This document shows, piece after piece, positions 29,556 to 39,357 of a stretch of DNA of 64,000 bases. The notes beneath the pieces are model-generated. The model was given only the letters and a program-made list of their open reading frames with translations, was not told the DNA's origin and ran no database searches. Position 1 is the stretch's first letter; each line of letters begins with the position of its first letter. Source of the DNA: Candidatus Bathyarchaeia archaeon (lineage in GTDB: Archaea > Thermoproteota > Bathyarchaeia > Bathyarchaeales > Bathycorpusculaceae); NCBI GenBank assembly GCA_049969855.1, contig JBMFOB010000003.1, positions 26,524 to 90,523 of the forward strand. The letters run 5' to 3'. A program made the position numbers and the translations under genes.

Positions 29556-31820
29556 CTATTCTGGATATTCAATACGATAGAGACAAACCAACGGAATGAT
29601 TCCACCATAATTACTACTAGCATCCGACGGAGTAAGTGTTAGTCCAGAAATAAATTCCGGCACAAAATATTGCGGTTCAACGCCAGCTTCGTCTGGGCTT
29701 ATTTGATTTTGGCTGCACCATAACTGTTTAGCCCAACTCATTAATTTGTATATGGTGGTGCTCTTCCCAATGTCATTCCACTCCCACCTATTAGTTTGAT
29801 TGTTATAGCTCCCAAACATCGTCTCGTTAGTCCAAGCTGAGTTTTCGTCAAGAAAATGATATTTGTATATGAAGTCGTCTCGTGCCTGTCCAGAGATTCT
29901 AGCCATCCACATCCACTTTCCTTCATCACCATATCCAGCCCACGTCGCATAATACGAACCGCCAGATTGAGATTGCCCTAATCCAAGCGTTGTGAAAACT
30001 AGGATGTACTTTGCATCGTAAAGCTTCAGCATTTTCAATGCTTGGGTTTCGTTAGCCATGAATATGAAGCCTATATTCTCTATTTGCGTAGCATTTATTG
30101 TTGCGTTATCCGCAAGCGATGTAACATTGCCAAGAATTGACAGCCAATATCCGTAGTCCCACCATGCACAAACAACTTTTTCACCTATTGGCTTAGGTCC
30201 CAAGTTGCTTCTCAACCAGTTCAGCATATCTAACCACTCTTTAACAGGCTGGTTAGGTGATATTGGAAGACTGCCTGCTGAAATCGTAGTTGGCGCATAT
30301 GCTTGTCTATAAACCCTTGGCACACCCCCTGATTGTGGCGAAAAAGCAAAGTTCGCCATCAAAATTAGGAATATTAAGAAGATTGCTGTTCCGCTGAATT
30401 CTTTTCCAACATGTTCTAAGCCATACTTCTTCTTTGTAATTAATTTTGGCGGTTCTTTCAGCACTGTGTAAAAGGGCTTTAGAACACCAATTATGCCACT
30501 GGATGCTACAAGGCCAAAGGCTGGAGCCATAAGCACAAATAACCGCACCATAGAACATGCAAAGTAAAGCGATGTTATACCGAAAACTATCATAAACAAG
30601 TTTTTATTGGTTGGATTCCTCAACAGGAAATACAAACCAGCTAGGAAGAATATTATTCCTATGCCAAACTCATAGTATATGGAACCCCAAGCCGAAATTC
30701 TATGTTCAGCCACGGACTCTACAAGCGGTTCCTCCGCCCTCGCAAATGGATTAATTACAGCAAAGAATTTGCCAAGGCTCCCAAGACGCTCAAAATGCCA
30801 CAAAACAACAAATCCGCCTATTAACAAACAAATGAAAACAATAGCAAACACCATCTTCATCTTAGTCGATGATATATTACGTAGAATTTCGACAAGACAT
30901 AATAGAACGAAAAATCCTGCAACTAACATTATAACTGAGCCTGTCAGGTATCCTAAGGAGAGATATGGAGTGCTTACCGCCATAAATAAGCCTGTTCCAA
31001 AGGTTATGGCATAAGATAAAAAGAGACGCTGTGTATATCGCATCATCAAAATTAGGATGAAAACGAAAAGTATCGTTAACCCAATCGGATAAAGTGCTGC
31101 ACCCCACGCGCAAATGAAATATCCTAAAGCTAATCCAGAGCCAATTGCATATTTTAAAGTTGAACTAAGCGGTCTTTCATCTTCAATTGACCTTAAAAAC
31201 ATATACGTAAACAAAAGCAAGGCAACTATGCCCACTGTCTCATCATCGAAAAAGCCTAGGGAAGTTCTCTGAATATAGGATGGACTTAAAGCCAGAAAAA
31301 GAGCTGCAAGAAATCCAGTTGGAGCACCTCCAATGTCTTTACCGATAAAATAAATTATTAAACATGCCAGAGTTCCCAGAATTGCTGGGAAAAGGGCGCA
31401 GAAGCTCATTACGTCAATGTTTACGCCCAACATAGAGATTATGTCATATAGAAAAGCTGCAGTCATTGGTAATGAAGGATAGGACATTCTCATGTTTATT
31501 CCATCGGGGTACCATCGTTGATGATCAACCCATCCCGGAGGCATGTAAGGTGAAAATAAGCCATTTTTCACCATGTAATTTGTAAGACTATAATAATAGT
31601 AGGGGTCAAATTCTGAAAGGAGTAAAGTGTTTTTTCCTTCTGTTATTTCCCAACGCAAAGGTAAGATGCGGATTGTGAAGGCAACAAATAATATGAGAAG
31701 CAAAATTGAAAGACTTATCATTGAACCGTGGCTAATCTTGACGCGTAGTTTCCCCAAATTTTTTATTCCGTTTCTGATGCCTTCTTTTGATATGGCTTTG
31801 CGGATGTCCATTAAGTTCAT
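29556..31820 (-). CDS. aglB: Oligosaccharyltransferase AglB (STT3)
   Basis: EFDPYY, GFFDDE, SVAEH, WWDYG, LADNAT. Confidence 0.96.
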   Translation of the reverse strand: MNLMDIRKAISKEGIRNGIKNLGKLRVKISHGSMISLSILLLILFVAFTIRILPLRWEITEGKNTLLLSEFDPYYYYSLTNYMVKNGLFSPYMPPGWVDHQRWYPDGINMRMSYPSLPMTAAFLYDIISMLGVNIDVMSFCALFPAILGTLACLIIYFIGKDIGGAPTGFLAALFLALSPSYIQRTSLGFFDDETVGIVALLLFTYMFLRSIEDERPLSSTLKYAIGSGLALGYFICAWGAALYPIGLTILFVFILILMMRYTQRLFLSYAITFGTGLFMAVSTPYLSLGYLTGSVIMLVAGFFVLLCLVEILRNISSTKMKMVFAIVFICLLIGGFVVLWHFERLGSLGKFFAVINPFARAEEPLVESVAEHRISAWGSIYYEFGIGIIFFLAGLYFLLRNPTNKNLFMIVFGITSLYFACSMVRLFVLMAPAFGLVASSGIIGVLKPFYTVLKEPPKLITKKKYGLEHVGKEFSGTAIFLIFLILMANFAFSPQSGGVPRVYRQAYAPTTISAGSLPISPNQPVKEWLDMLNWLRSNLGPKPIGEKVVCAWWDYGYWLSILGNVTSLADNATINATQIENIGFIFMANETQALKMLKLYDAKYILVFTTLGLGQSQSGGSYYATWAGYGDEGKWMWMARISGQARDDFIYKYHFLDENSAWTNETMFGSYNNQTNRWEWNDIGKSTTIYKLMSWAKQLWCSQNQISPDEAGVEPQYFVPEFISGLTLTPSDASSNYGGIIPLVCLYRIEYPE

Positions 31821-31931
31821 CTCTCCTACAGAGATTATTGACGTGTTTTATTATTCTTACGGTTGATAAAGCTTCATAGACCAGAATCACTCGTATATAC
31901 CTTTCCCAATTCTTCCGTAGCCATTGCAGTT

Positions 31932-33083
31932 TTAAACCAAAGCTTCACGTTTATACCCGTATTTATTTGCGTCGTAAAATGGAAAACCAACAATCTTTGC
32001 TTTAGCCATTTTGCCACGTATCTTCACATTTACAATGTTCCCTTCTTGAGCGCTTGACATATCCACATAAGCCATACCTATTCCGCATTTAAGCAAAGGC
32101 GAAAATGTCCCACTCGTCACCTGCCCAATTTTTTGGTATCTGTCGTTGTACACTTCAAATTTTGGTCTCGGTATGCCTTGCTCAACCATAAGCAAGCCTA
32201 CACGCTTGCGTTTGATTCCTTCAGTTTTCTGTTTCAGCAACATCTCTTTCCCTATAAAATTATCTTTCTGAAACTTCACTACAAAACCCAACGCCGCTTC
32301 CAATGGGGTTGTGCTCTCATCAATGTCGTTTCCGTAAAGGCACATTCCAGCTTCAAGCCTTAAAGTGTCTCTTGCACCTAATCCGCAGGGTTCAATTCCG
32401 AAGGGTTTGCCAGCTTCTAAGATTGCATTCCACACTTTTACTGCATTGTCTGGGTTGGATAGTGGGGTGTTCCATATGAAAACTTCGAATCCATCCTCGC
32501 CTGTATATCCTGTTCTGGAGAGGAGGGCGTCAATGTTTGCTAAACGTGAAGGTGCACATTTGAAGCGTTCAATCTTGCTTAAATCATCTGAGGAAATTTT
32601 TTGCAGAGTTTTTTCAGCGTTTGGACCTTGAACTGCCAGCATTGCAACATTATCTGAAACTTCTTCGATGCGAACGTTGAAGCCTTTAGCGTTTTTAACC
32701 AGCCAATTATAGTCTTTTTCTCTGTTGGCTGCGTTGGCAACAAACATGAATTTCTCCTTTTCTAAGCGGTAATATACGAAATCGTCTATTATGCCACCTT
32801 TCTCGTTGCACATCACAGAGTATTGGGCGCTGTTTGGTGGCAGTTTAGAAACATCGTTTGTTACTACATAGTTTAGGAAACGCTCTGAATCGGCGCCTGT
32901 GATTATTATTCGTCCCATGTGGGAAATATCGAAAATGCCTACGCTATTCCGCACAGCTAAATGTTCTGGTATTACGCCTTTATACCATAGTGGCATTTCA
33001 AAACCAGCAAAAACCGTGAGTTTAGCCTTTTTTTGATGCACTTCGTAAAGCTGAGTTCTGCGATTTTTCTCCGTTGAAATCAC
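31932..33083 (-). CDS. gcvT: Glycine cleavage system T protein (aminomethyltransferase)
   Basis: FAGFEMP, EHLAVR, FDISHMG, RTGYTGEDGFE, GLGARDTLRLEAG. Confidence 0.96.
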   Translation of the reverse strand: MISTEKNRRTQLYEVHQKKAKLTVFAGFEMPLWYKGVIPEHLAVRNSVGIFDISHMGRIIITGADSERFLNYVVTNDVSKLPPNSAQYSVMCNEKGGIIDDFVYYRLEKEKFMFVANAANREKDYNWLVKNAKGFNVRIEEVSDNVAMLAVQGPNAEKTLQKISSDDLSKIERFKCAPSRLANIDALLSRTGYTGEDGFEVFIWNTPLSNPDNAVKVWNAILEAGKPFGIEPCGLGARDTLRLEAGMCLYGNDIDESTTPLEAALGFVVKFQKDNFIGKEMLLKQKTEGIKRKRVGLLMVEQGIPRPKFEVYNDRYQKIGQVTSGTFSPLLKCGIGMAYVDMSSAQEGNIVNVKIRGKMAKAKIVGFPFYDANKYGYKREALV

Positions 33084-33095
33084 CTCAACAACATT

Positions 33096-33260
33096 TTATT
33101 TTATTGGTTTTACTTCCACATTGATGGGTATGAGGGAAAGTTTCTTGCCGCATTTTGGACATTTTCCGCCGTGTTGATGTAAAATTTCATCAGGAGGCTT
33201 AAGCTCAGCACCCTCGTATAATACATAGCCACATCCTTGACAGACAACACGCTGAGGCAA
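33096..33260 (-). CDS. Small Zn-ribbon protein (54 aa)
   Basis: MPQRVVCQGCGYVLYEGAELKPPDEILHQHGGKCPKCGKKLSLIPINVEVKPIK*; different frame from the listed 33110..33301 ORF. Confidence 0.8.
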   Translation of the reverse strand: MPQRVVCQGCGYVLYEGAELKPPDEILHQHGGKCPKCGKKLSLIPINVEVKPIK

Positions 33261-33408
33261 TTCAACACGCTCCAAGTAACAACATAAGCAGTAAGTTTCA
33301 CGGCATATTTATTGGTTGCTGAACTAAAACCCCACAGAAACTTTTAATCTTAGAATAAAGTTAATTCTGGAAGCATTTCCAAACAAGCCTCAAATGGTTT
33401 GTGCTGAA

Positions 33409-35508
33409 ATGGGAAACTACACATTAATTATAACCGAGAAACCAGATGCAGCGCAAAGGATAGCTTCAGCTCTTGACATTCAGGGAAAAACGAGAAAAAT
33501 GGAGGAGAAAGGAGTACCCTATTATGTGGCTAAACGGGACAAGGAGATAATTGTGGTTCCAGCCATAGGACACTTGTACACGGTTGCGGAAGAAAGCGGT
33601 GGAAGAAACTATTATCCAGTTTTCAATTTTAGATGGGTGCCAAGATACGCTGTGGAAAGAGGCGCAAAACAAATTCGAACATGGCTGGAAACCATATCAA
33701 AATTGGCAAAGGATGCGGATGCATTTGTCGATGCATGCGACTACGACATTGAAGGAAGCATAATCGGATACAGCATACTAAAATACGCTTGCGGAAACAA
33801 AGAAGCCATATCAAAACGCATGAAATATTCAACATTAACCAAAGAAGAACTTGAAAAATCATACAATGAACTGCTGCCACGCTTAGACTTCGCATTAATA
33901 GAGGCTGGACGCACAAGACATGAAATTGATTGGTTGTATGGCGTTAACCTTTCAAGGGCTTTAACAATAGCGGCAAAAGATTGGAGTGGAAAATACGCTA
34001 CATTAAGCACTGGAAGAGTGCAAGGTCCAACCCTCCGATTCCTTGTCGCTCGAGAAAAAGCCATAAGATGTTTCGTGCCAACTCCTTACTGGAGCATTAA
34101 AGCAGAAGTTAAAATAAATGGCTCAGTCTTTGAAGCAGAATACGAAAAGAAAATTATCGAAACCAAAAGAGAGGCAAACGCCATACTGGACGCTTGCAAA
34201 GGAAAAAATGGCGTAATAGAAAAAATAGACTATAAAAAGTTCCAGCAGATGCCGCCAACACCCTTCGACTTGGGCGCTTTGCAAAGCGAAGCCTACAGCC
34301 TTTTCGGGTATACTCCCATGCGAACTTCAAACATTGCCCAACGATTGTACTTGGACGCCCTAATTTCTTATCCGAGAACAAGCAGCCAAAAACTTCCACC
34401 ATCAATAAATTACGAAGCAATTCTAAGAAGCTTAAACAGAGTTTCGGAATACAAAAAACTTACAGCAGAACTCCTCGCAAAAAAGGAGTTAAAACCAAGA
34501 GAAGGAAAAAAGGAGGACCCGGCACACCCAGCAATTTATCCAACTGGAAACTTGCCAGAAAGAACCTTAGACGCTTCTGAAAGAAACATTTGGGACCTTG
34601 TTATCCGAAGGTTTATGGCAGTTTTTGACGAACCAGCCATAAGGCAAAGCATGAAAGTTTACATAAACGTGGATGGACACCGCTTCTACCTAAGGGGAAG
34701 ACAAACCCTAAAAGAAGGATGGCTACGTTTCTACGAACCCTACATAAGATCAGAAGAAGTCATTCTTCCACAAATAAAAGAGGAACAAACTATAAACATC
34801 AAAAAAGTCATTTTGGAAGACAAATTCACAAAACCGCCTCCAAGATACAATCCAGGCAGCCTCCTAAAAAGAATGGAAGAAGCCGAAATTGGAACCAAAG
34901 CGACAAGGGCGGATATTATACAGACACTTTATGATAGAAAGTATGTTCGAGACGAAAGAATGACTGTAACAAATTTAGGCTTCGAAGTCCTAGAGGTTTT
35001 GGAAAAACACTGTCCAACTGTTGTTTCAATAAAGTTAACGAGGGAACTTGAAGAAAGAATGAATAGGATTCAGGTGAACAACGAGAAAAGGGAAGAAGTC
35101 CTCATAGACGCTGTTGAAATTCTCAAACCAGTAGTAGAAGAGCTTAAAGAGAAAGAAGAAGAGATAGGCGAACAATTAAGCAATGCCATAAAAAGGGCAA
35201 GACTTGAAGAAAGAATCATAGGAACATGTCCAATATGCAACACTGGAAAACTCATGACACTATATTCGCGGAGAACAGGCAAACGTTTTGTCGGATGCAC
35301 AAACTATTTCAAAGGATTATGCAAAGCATCGTTTCCGCTTCCCCAGAAAGGCACAATTAGACCCCTTGGAAAAAACTGTCGAGGATGCGGTTGGCCCATA
35401 GTTCAAGTTCGAATAAAAGGGCGGAGACCTTGGACATTATGCTTCAACCCGAATTGCCCATTAAAGGAGGAGAGGAGGAAGAGACTTGAAATGCGTAATA
35501 TGCAATAG
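33409..35508 (+). CDS. topA: Type IA DNA topoisomerase with C-terminal Zn ribbons
   Basis: IITEKP, DYDIEG, STGRVQGP, ISYPRT, AHPAIYPT, GTKATR. Confidence 0.95.
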   Translation: MGNYTLIITEKPDAAQRIASALDIQGKTRKMEEKGVPYYVAKRDKEIIVVPAIGHLYTVAEESGGRNYYPVFNFRWVPRYAVERGAKQIRTWLETISKLAKDADAFVDACDYDIEGSIIGYSILKYACGNKEAISKRMKYSTLTKEELEKSYNELLPRLDFALIEAGRTRHEIDWLYGVNLSRALTIAAKDWSGKYATLSTGRVQGPTLRFLVAREKAIRCFVPTPYWSIKAEVKINGSVFEAEYEKKIIETKREANAILDACKGKNGVIEKIDYKKFQQMPPTPFDLGALQSEAYSLFGYTPMRTSNIAQRLYLDALISYPRTSSQKLPPSINYEAILRSLNRVSEYKKLTAELLAKKELKPREGKKEDPAHPAIYPTGNLPERTLDASERNIWDLVIRRFMAVFDEPAIRQSMKVYINVDGHRFYLRGRQTLKEGWLRFYEPYIRSEEVILPQIKEEQTINIKKVILEDKFTKPPPRYNPGSLLKRMEEAEIGTKATRADIIQTLYDRKYVRDERMTVTNLGFEVLEVLEKHCPTVVSIKLTRELEERMNRIQVNNEKREEVLIDAVEILKPVVEELKEKEEEIGEQLSNAIKRARLEERIIGTCPICNTGKLMTLYSRRTGKRFVGCTNYFKGLCKASFPLPQKGTIRPLGKNCRGCGWPIVQVRIKGRRPWTLCFNPNCPLKEERRKRLEMRNMQ

Positions 35509-35719
35509 AGAGGCAGAAAAGGAAGGCTACTGCGAATTGCATATGAAAGCTTATGAAAGCATTTCAAAAAAGTATGAGTTATGGAAAAAAGCTCTAGAAA
35601 TTTCTTGGAAAGAGTATTTAAGTGAGATTGTCAAGAATCCGTTAACAGGTGAGTGGGCTCGAGAAGTGGCGGAATACTTGATAAAAAGTGGAGAAGAACA
35701 AAATGTCAAAAAAAGTTAA
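35486..35719 (+). CDS. Small hypothetical protein with CxxC...CxxH Zn site
   Basis: MKCVICNR...YCELH...W...W..YL...TGEW; overlaps topA stop. Confidence 0.75.
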   Translation: MKCVICNREAEKEGYCELHMKAYESISKKYELWKKALEISWKEYLSEIVKNPLTGEWAREVAEYLIKSGEEQNVKKS

Positions 35720-36122
35720 GAGACAAATCACATCACTTTCATATTCAATAAACAGGTTTTACAGAAAAATCTCAACGGCAAAACCTTCCTCGCTTATACT
35801 TTCAATATTAGCTATTGCAATTGCCATATTCCTGCTTGGAGGAGGCTTATACGACATTATAATGAAGCCCTATCCAGCAGTTTATTATAGTGGGCGTTTC
35901 ATCTTTCTTTACCCGCAATTGTCAGAGCAATTTATAACAGACAGCATAGTTGTCATAACTCTCTATACATTGGGCGTTGTTGGGTTAGTAGCAATTTACC
36001 AAAGCACAAAATACGCATACAAACCAAGACAAGCCTACATGATGTTTCTGGTAGGGCTTAGCCTTTTACTAATAGCTTACGTATTTCTCGAAGTTGCAAT
36101 ACGAATAAAAGTCGGCGGATAG
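35703..36122 (+). CDS. OST3/OST6-family (OSTC/DC2-like) 3-TM protein
   Basis: FLLGGGLYDIIMKP...FLY..LSEQFITD...LYTLGVVGL resembles eukaryotic OSTC FLITGGIIYDVIVEP...QYIMEG...LFTMGGLG. Confidence 0.7.
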   Translation: MSKKVKRQITSLSYSINRFYRKISTAKPSSLILSILAIAIAIFLLGGGLYDIIMKPYPAVYYSGRFIFLYPQLSEQFITDSIVVITLYTLGVVGLVAIYQSTKYAYKPRQAYMMFLVGLSLLLIAYVFLEVAIRIKVGG

Positions 36123-36124
36123 GA

Positions 36125-36619
36125 TTACCAAGGGTTACTTTTTAAACCCAGTTTGTAGGCTGCAAAATTCGTTAACAAATGTATTGGTGGAGTTATAATT
36201 AACACTGTTATTGCAAGGTTTAAATCCAAAATTTGCAGTGGAAGCGAAAACAAAATGGCTCCTATAATGAAATCAATTTGGTCGATGACTGGCAACAAAT
36301 CTCCAGGAGCCAAGTCAAGCCTCCGCTTTAAGAAGGCTCCAGCCAAATCTCCAAACAAGGCGCCAAAAGATAAGAGGAAACCAAATGGAATGGGATAACC
36401 GAAGAACATGCTTTCTAATAATCCAACAGCCGTTCCAACAATTAATCCAGAAAAGAAGCCTCGGAAGGTTTTGTTTTTTCCAAGGATTGGTTTTCCATCA
36501 AAAAATTTTTTTCCAAAATCGATAGGGTAGCCTCCGCCTGTGATTACTGGTATGGCGTTGGCGCAGTATGCTGGGAATATGAATTTTAATGCTTCAATGA
36601 TTAGTTGTGTTATTTCCAT
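36125..36619 (-). CDS. carS: CDP-archaeol synthase
   Basis: PAYCAN..P, PIDFGK...DG..LG.NKT.RG, GDLAGAFLKRR, DQIDF. Confidence 0.93.
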   Translation of the reverse strand: MEITQLIIEALKFIFPAYCANAIPVITGGGYPIDFGKKFFDGKPILGKNKTFRGFFSGLIVGTAVGLLESMFFGYPIPFGFLLSFGALFGDLAGAFLKRRLDLAPGDLLPVIDQIDFIIGAILFSLPLQILDLNLAITVLIITPPIHLLTNFAAYKLGLKSNPW

Positions 36620-36631
36620 TTTCGACGACCA

Positions 36632-37342
36632 TCAACGAGGTAGATGCTCATGGATTCCCGTTTCTTCTATTTTTAATTCACAAGTTAAGGGTTGATTCCA
36701 TTTTTGACTTTTCTCTAAAACTGCCCTAATTATTGACGAGTTTTCGGTTGGGCGCAAGGCAATTATTGTGTCTGCCCAAAATTTTAGGACTCGCGTAGCC
36801 ACGGGTTCTATGCTCACAAAATTTTCATCGAAGGCGCTTCGCACTTGACTTGCCACTATAACCGCAATTTTTCTGGTCTTGGCAATCTGCGCCAACAAAG
36901 CCATCTGCCTATTTAATTCGCGGTTCAGTTCAAAGGCTTTATTTGGGTGTTCCGCGATTTCGACACGATAAAGCGACGTGAACGTGTCAACAACTATAAG
37001 TCCAAAATTTTTGGCAACATACTCTGGCAGCTTATCTATGACTATGATTTGTTCACGGAAACTGTTTGGTTTCACCAAAATTATTAGTTCAGAAACCTTT
37101 TCGAAGTTCTCAGAAGCTATCTGAGAAAGGCGCCGCGCTGAGAAGGTGCCGTCGCAGTCCATGAATAAGGTTTTGTAACCATGCAGTGCACAGTTCACAG
37201 CCAACTGCATAGCAAAGGTGGTTTTTCCAGTTTCCGCTTCTCCATAGATTAAGCTGACATTTTCAAATGGGATGCCGCCATCAAGAAGGTTGTCAAGCCT
37301 TCCGCAGCCGGTGGGAATCTTCTGTGGCAAGGTCATGCACAT
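36632..37342 (-). CDS. radB: DNA repair and recombination protein RadB
   Basis: IPTGC..LD.LL.GG, YGEAETGKT, FSARRL.QI, VVDTFTSLYR; 236 aa without RadA N-domain. Confidence 0.85.
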   Translation of the reverse strand: MCMTLPQKIPTGCGRLDNLLDGGIPFENVSLIYGEAETGKTTFAMQLAVNCALHGYKTLFMDCDGTFSARRLSQIASENFEKVSELIILVKPNSFREQIIVIDKLPEYVAKNFGLIVVDTFTSLYRVEIAEHPNKAFELNRELNRQMALLAQIAKTRKIAVIVASQVRSAFDENFVSIEPVATRVLKFWADTIIALRPTENSSIIRAVLEKSQKWNQPLTCELKIEETGIHEHLPR

Positions 37343-37409
37343 TAAGGAATATAAACAGCGAAACTAATAATTTGTTTTGTGTTCAAAACTTCAAAAACAG
37401 GAAGATGAC

Positions 37410-38054
37410 ATGAAAGCGAAGATTGCTGTTGCAACAGTTTCAGGAAAAGCTTACTACCTAATCGTTAATGAATTGAAAAGAAAAAACATACCCTTTCTAA
37501 GCCTAACCCCAAATGACCCTATCCCCATAGAAATCAAAGTTGTCATAACCACGACAGAAGAGAAAACAATCATAAATCATGAAAAAATCTTAGTTTATCA
37601 AGAAGGCGTAGAACCAGAGGCATTAATAAATGAGGCGTTGCAGCTTGTTCAAGGAAAAGAACATTATGAGAAGATAGTTATAGGCGTAGATCCCGGCGAA
37701 GTTTTCGGATTGGCTGTTTTGGCAGATGGAAATGTCATTGAAACTGGAAATTGTTTCAGCGTTAACGAAACATTAGATAAGATAAAAAATGCCGTTAGAA
37801 GCTTCGGAAAAAGTCAAGCAACATCCTTTTCAGTGAAAATTGGAGATGGCGTCCCATTTTATAAGGAAAAACTTTTAAAAGCGTTGGATAAGGCATTGCC
37901 TTCAAACGTAATGTTAGAAAGCGTGAGCGAAGCTGGAACAGACCGCTACCCAAACGAGGTTGGACATAAAAGAGGATTAAGAGATATTGCCTCAGCCATA
38001 AGAATTGCCGGAAGAAATGGACAAAGATTCCAGCGGAGGAACATAAATGAATAG
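37410..38054 (+). CDS. Hypothetical protein with RNase H-like (YqgF/RuvC-like) domain
   Basis: IGVDPG..FGLAV, VKIGDG, VSEAGT, DIASAIRIA. Confidence 0.7.
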   Translation: MKAKIAVATVSGKAYYLIVNELKRKNIPFLSLTPNDPIPIEIKVVITTTEEKTIINHEKILVYQEGVEPEALINEALQLVQGKEHYEKIVIGVDPGEVFGLAVLADGNVIETGNCFSVNETLDKIKNAVRSFGKSQATSFSVKIGDGVPFYKEKLLKALDKALPSNVMLESVSEAGTDRYPNEVGHKRGLRDIASAIRIAGRNGQRFQRRNINE

Positions 38055-39339
38055 GACTGTTGAAAAAGGAAAAACCCTCTTGGTGGATGGACCCGCATCT
38101 GTCACTGTTATTTCAGGGATTGCCGAAGTCTTCGGCTCTACGGTCAGCAGCAAAGGCAAAGTTGTGATACGCGAAGGAAAACGGTTACCTTTCACTGCAA
38201 AAGAGGCAGCAAGCCTTGAAATTTCGTTAGGAGAAAATGCAAGCGTCGAGGAAGTTGATGGAAGCACCATTCCACCATCATGGATTGAAGCTTCTGAACA
38301 ACTCTTGAATTTCCAAAAGAAACCTGTTGCTGCAATAGTTGTGGGAACGGTTGACTCTGGAAAAACAAGCTTCTGCACATACCTAACGAACAAGTTATTG
38401 CAGGAAAAACAAAAAGTGGCAATCTTGGATGGAGATTTGGGTCAATCAGATATAGGACCACCATGCACGGTTGCCTACACATTTGTAACCAAACCAGTAA
38501 CAGACTTGTTCAATTTAGAAGCAAAAAACGCCTTTTTCGTAGGCGCCACCTCACCAAGCACAGCCATAAACAAAGTAATCGAAGGGTTAACTTCGCTAAA
38601 AAAGGAAATCTTGGACAACAACCCAGACTTTATCGTTATAAACACTGACGGCTGGGTTGATGGAGAAGACGCCGTAAACTATAAAGTCCAACTTGCCAAG
38701 GAACTCAATTCCGACATAATCTTCTATATCCAACAAAAAGACGAATTAGCACCTCTCATCAACAGCCTTGAAGGAATTCAGAAACTTGTCGTTGAATTTC
38801 CTTCAGCTATAAAACAAAGGAGTAGAGAAAAGAGAAGAAGCCTACGGGAGCTTGGATACATAAAATATTTGAGAAATGCAAAAGTGCAATCTCTCCCAAT
38901 AGGATGGCTAAAAATTGAAGCAAACGAGTTTCTAGGCTTAGGCGTAACTCATGAAAACATGAAGCAAGCCAAAAGGATCTACGATTTTTTGGGGATGAAC
39001 CCGTTACATTTTGCAGAATTGAAGGATAAAGTTTGCATAGTTGTTGGTAGAAGCCGATGGATTAGTGAGGAGAAGATAAGAAAACTGGAGGAAATCATGG
39101 GGAAGAAAACTGTGGTCATTCACAAGGGCGAGGAAGAAGGCTTACTAGTCGCTTTATATAACAATGACAAAAAATTCCTCGGAATAGGCGTCATAAGAGA
39201 AATCGACTACTCAAGAAAGACCCTAAAAATTTTCACCCCAGTCTCCGAAGGAATCTCCATAGTCACACTGGGAAAGGTGAAACTGGACAAGAATCTCAAG
39301 GAAACTCCAGCGTTTTTGGAGAAAGTCGAAAGTTTGTAA
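38047..39339 (+). CDS. Clp1/Nol9-like polynucleotide 5'-kinase
   Basis: GTVDSGKTS, DGDLGQSDIGPP, INTDGW. Confidence 0.88.
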   Translation: MNRTVEKGKTLLVDGPASVTVISGIAEVFGSTVSSKGKVVIREGKRLPFTAKEAASLEISLGENASVEEVDGSTIPPSWIEASEQLLNFQKKPVAAIVVGTVDSGKTSFCTYLTNKLLQEKQKVAILDGDLGQSDIGPPCTVAYTFVTKPVTDLFNLEAKNAFFVGATSPSTAINKVIEGLTSLKKEILDNNPDFIVINTDGWVDGEDAVNYKVQLAKELNSDIIFYIQQKDELAPLINSLEGIQKLVVEFPSAIKQRSREKRRSLRELGYIKYLRNAKVQSLPIGWLKIEANEFLGLGVTHENMKQAKRIYDFLGMNPLHFAELKDKVCIVVGRSRWISEEKIRKLEEIMGKKTVVIHKGEEEGLLVALYNNDKKFLGIGVIREIDYSRKTLKIFTPVSEGISIVTLGKVKLDKNLKETPAFLEKVESL

Positions 39340-39357
39340 AACCTTGTCCATTACGGA

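Noticed and set aside
29541-29558. aglB and the AglH-like gene are in the same frame separated by one TAG (possible readthrough or pyrrolysine fusion)
   Set aside because: The AglB C-domain is extracellular while the DxHKP loop is cytoplasmic; an SD-like AGGAAGGT precedes the TTG; no pyl genes seen in the window
33110-33301. Listed 63-aa ORF
   Set aside because: Wrong frame; the overlapping frame encodes a clear two-CxxC Zn ribbon
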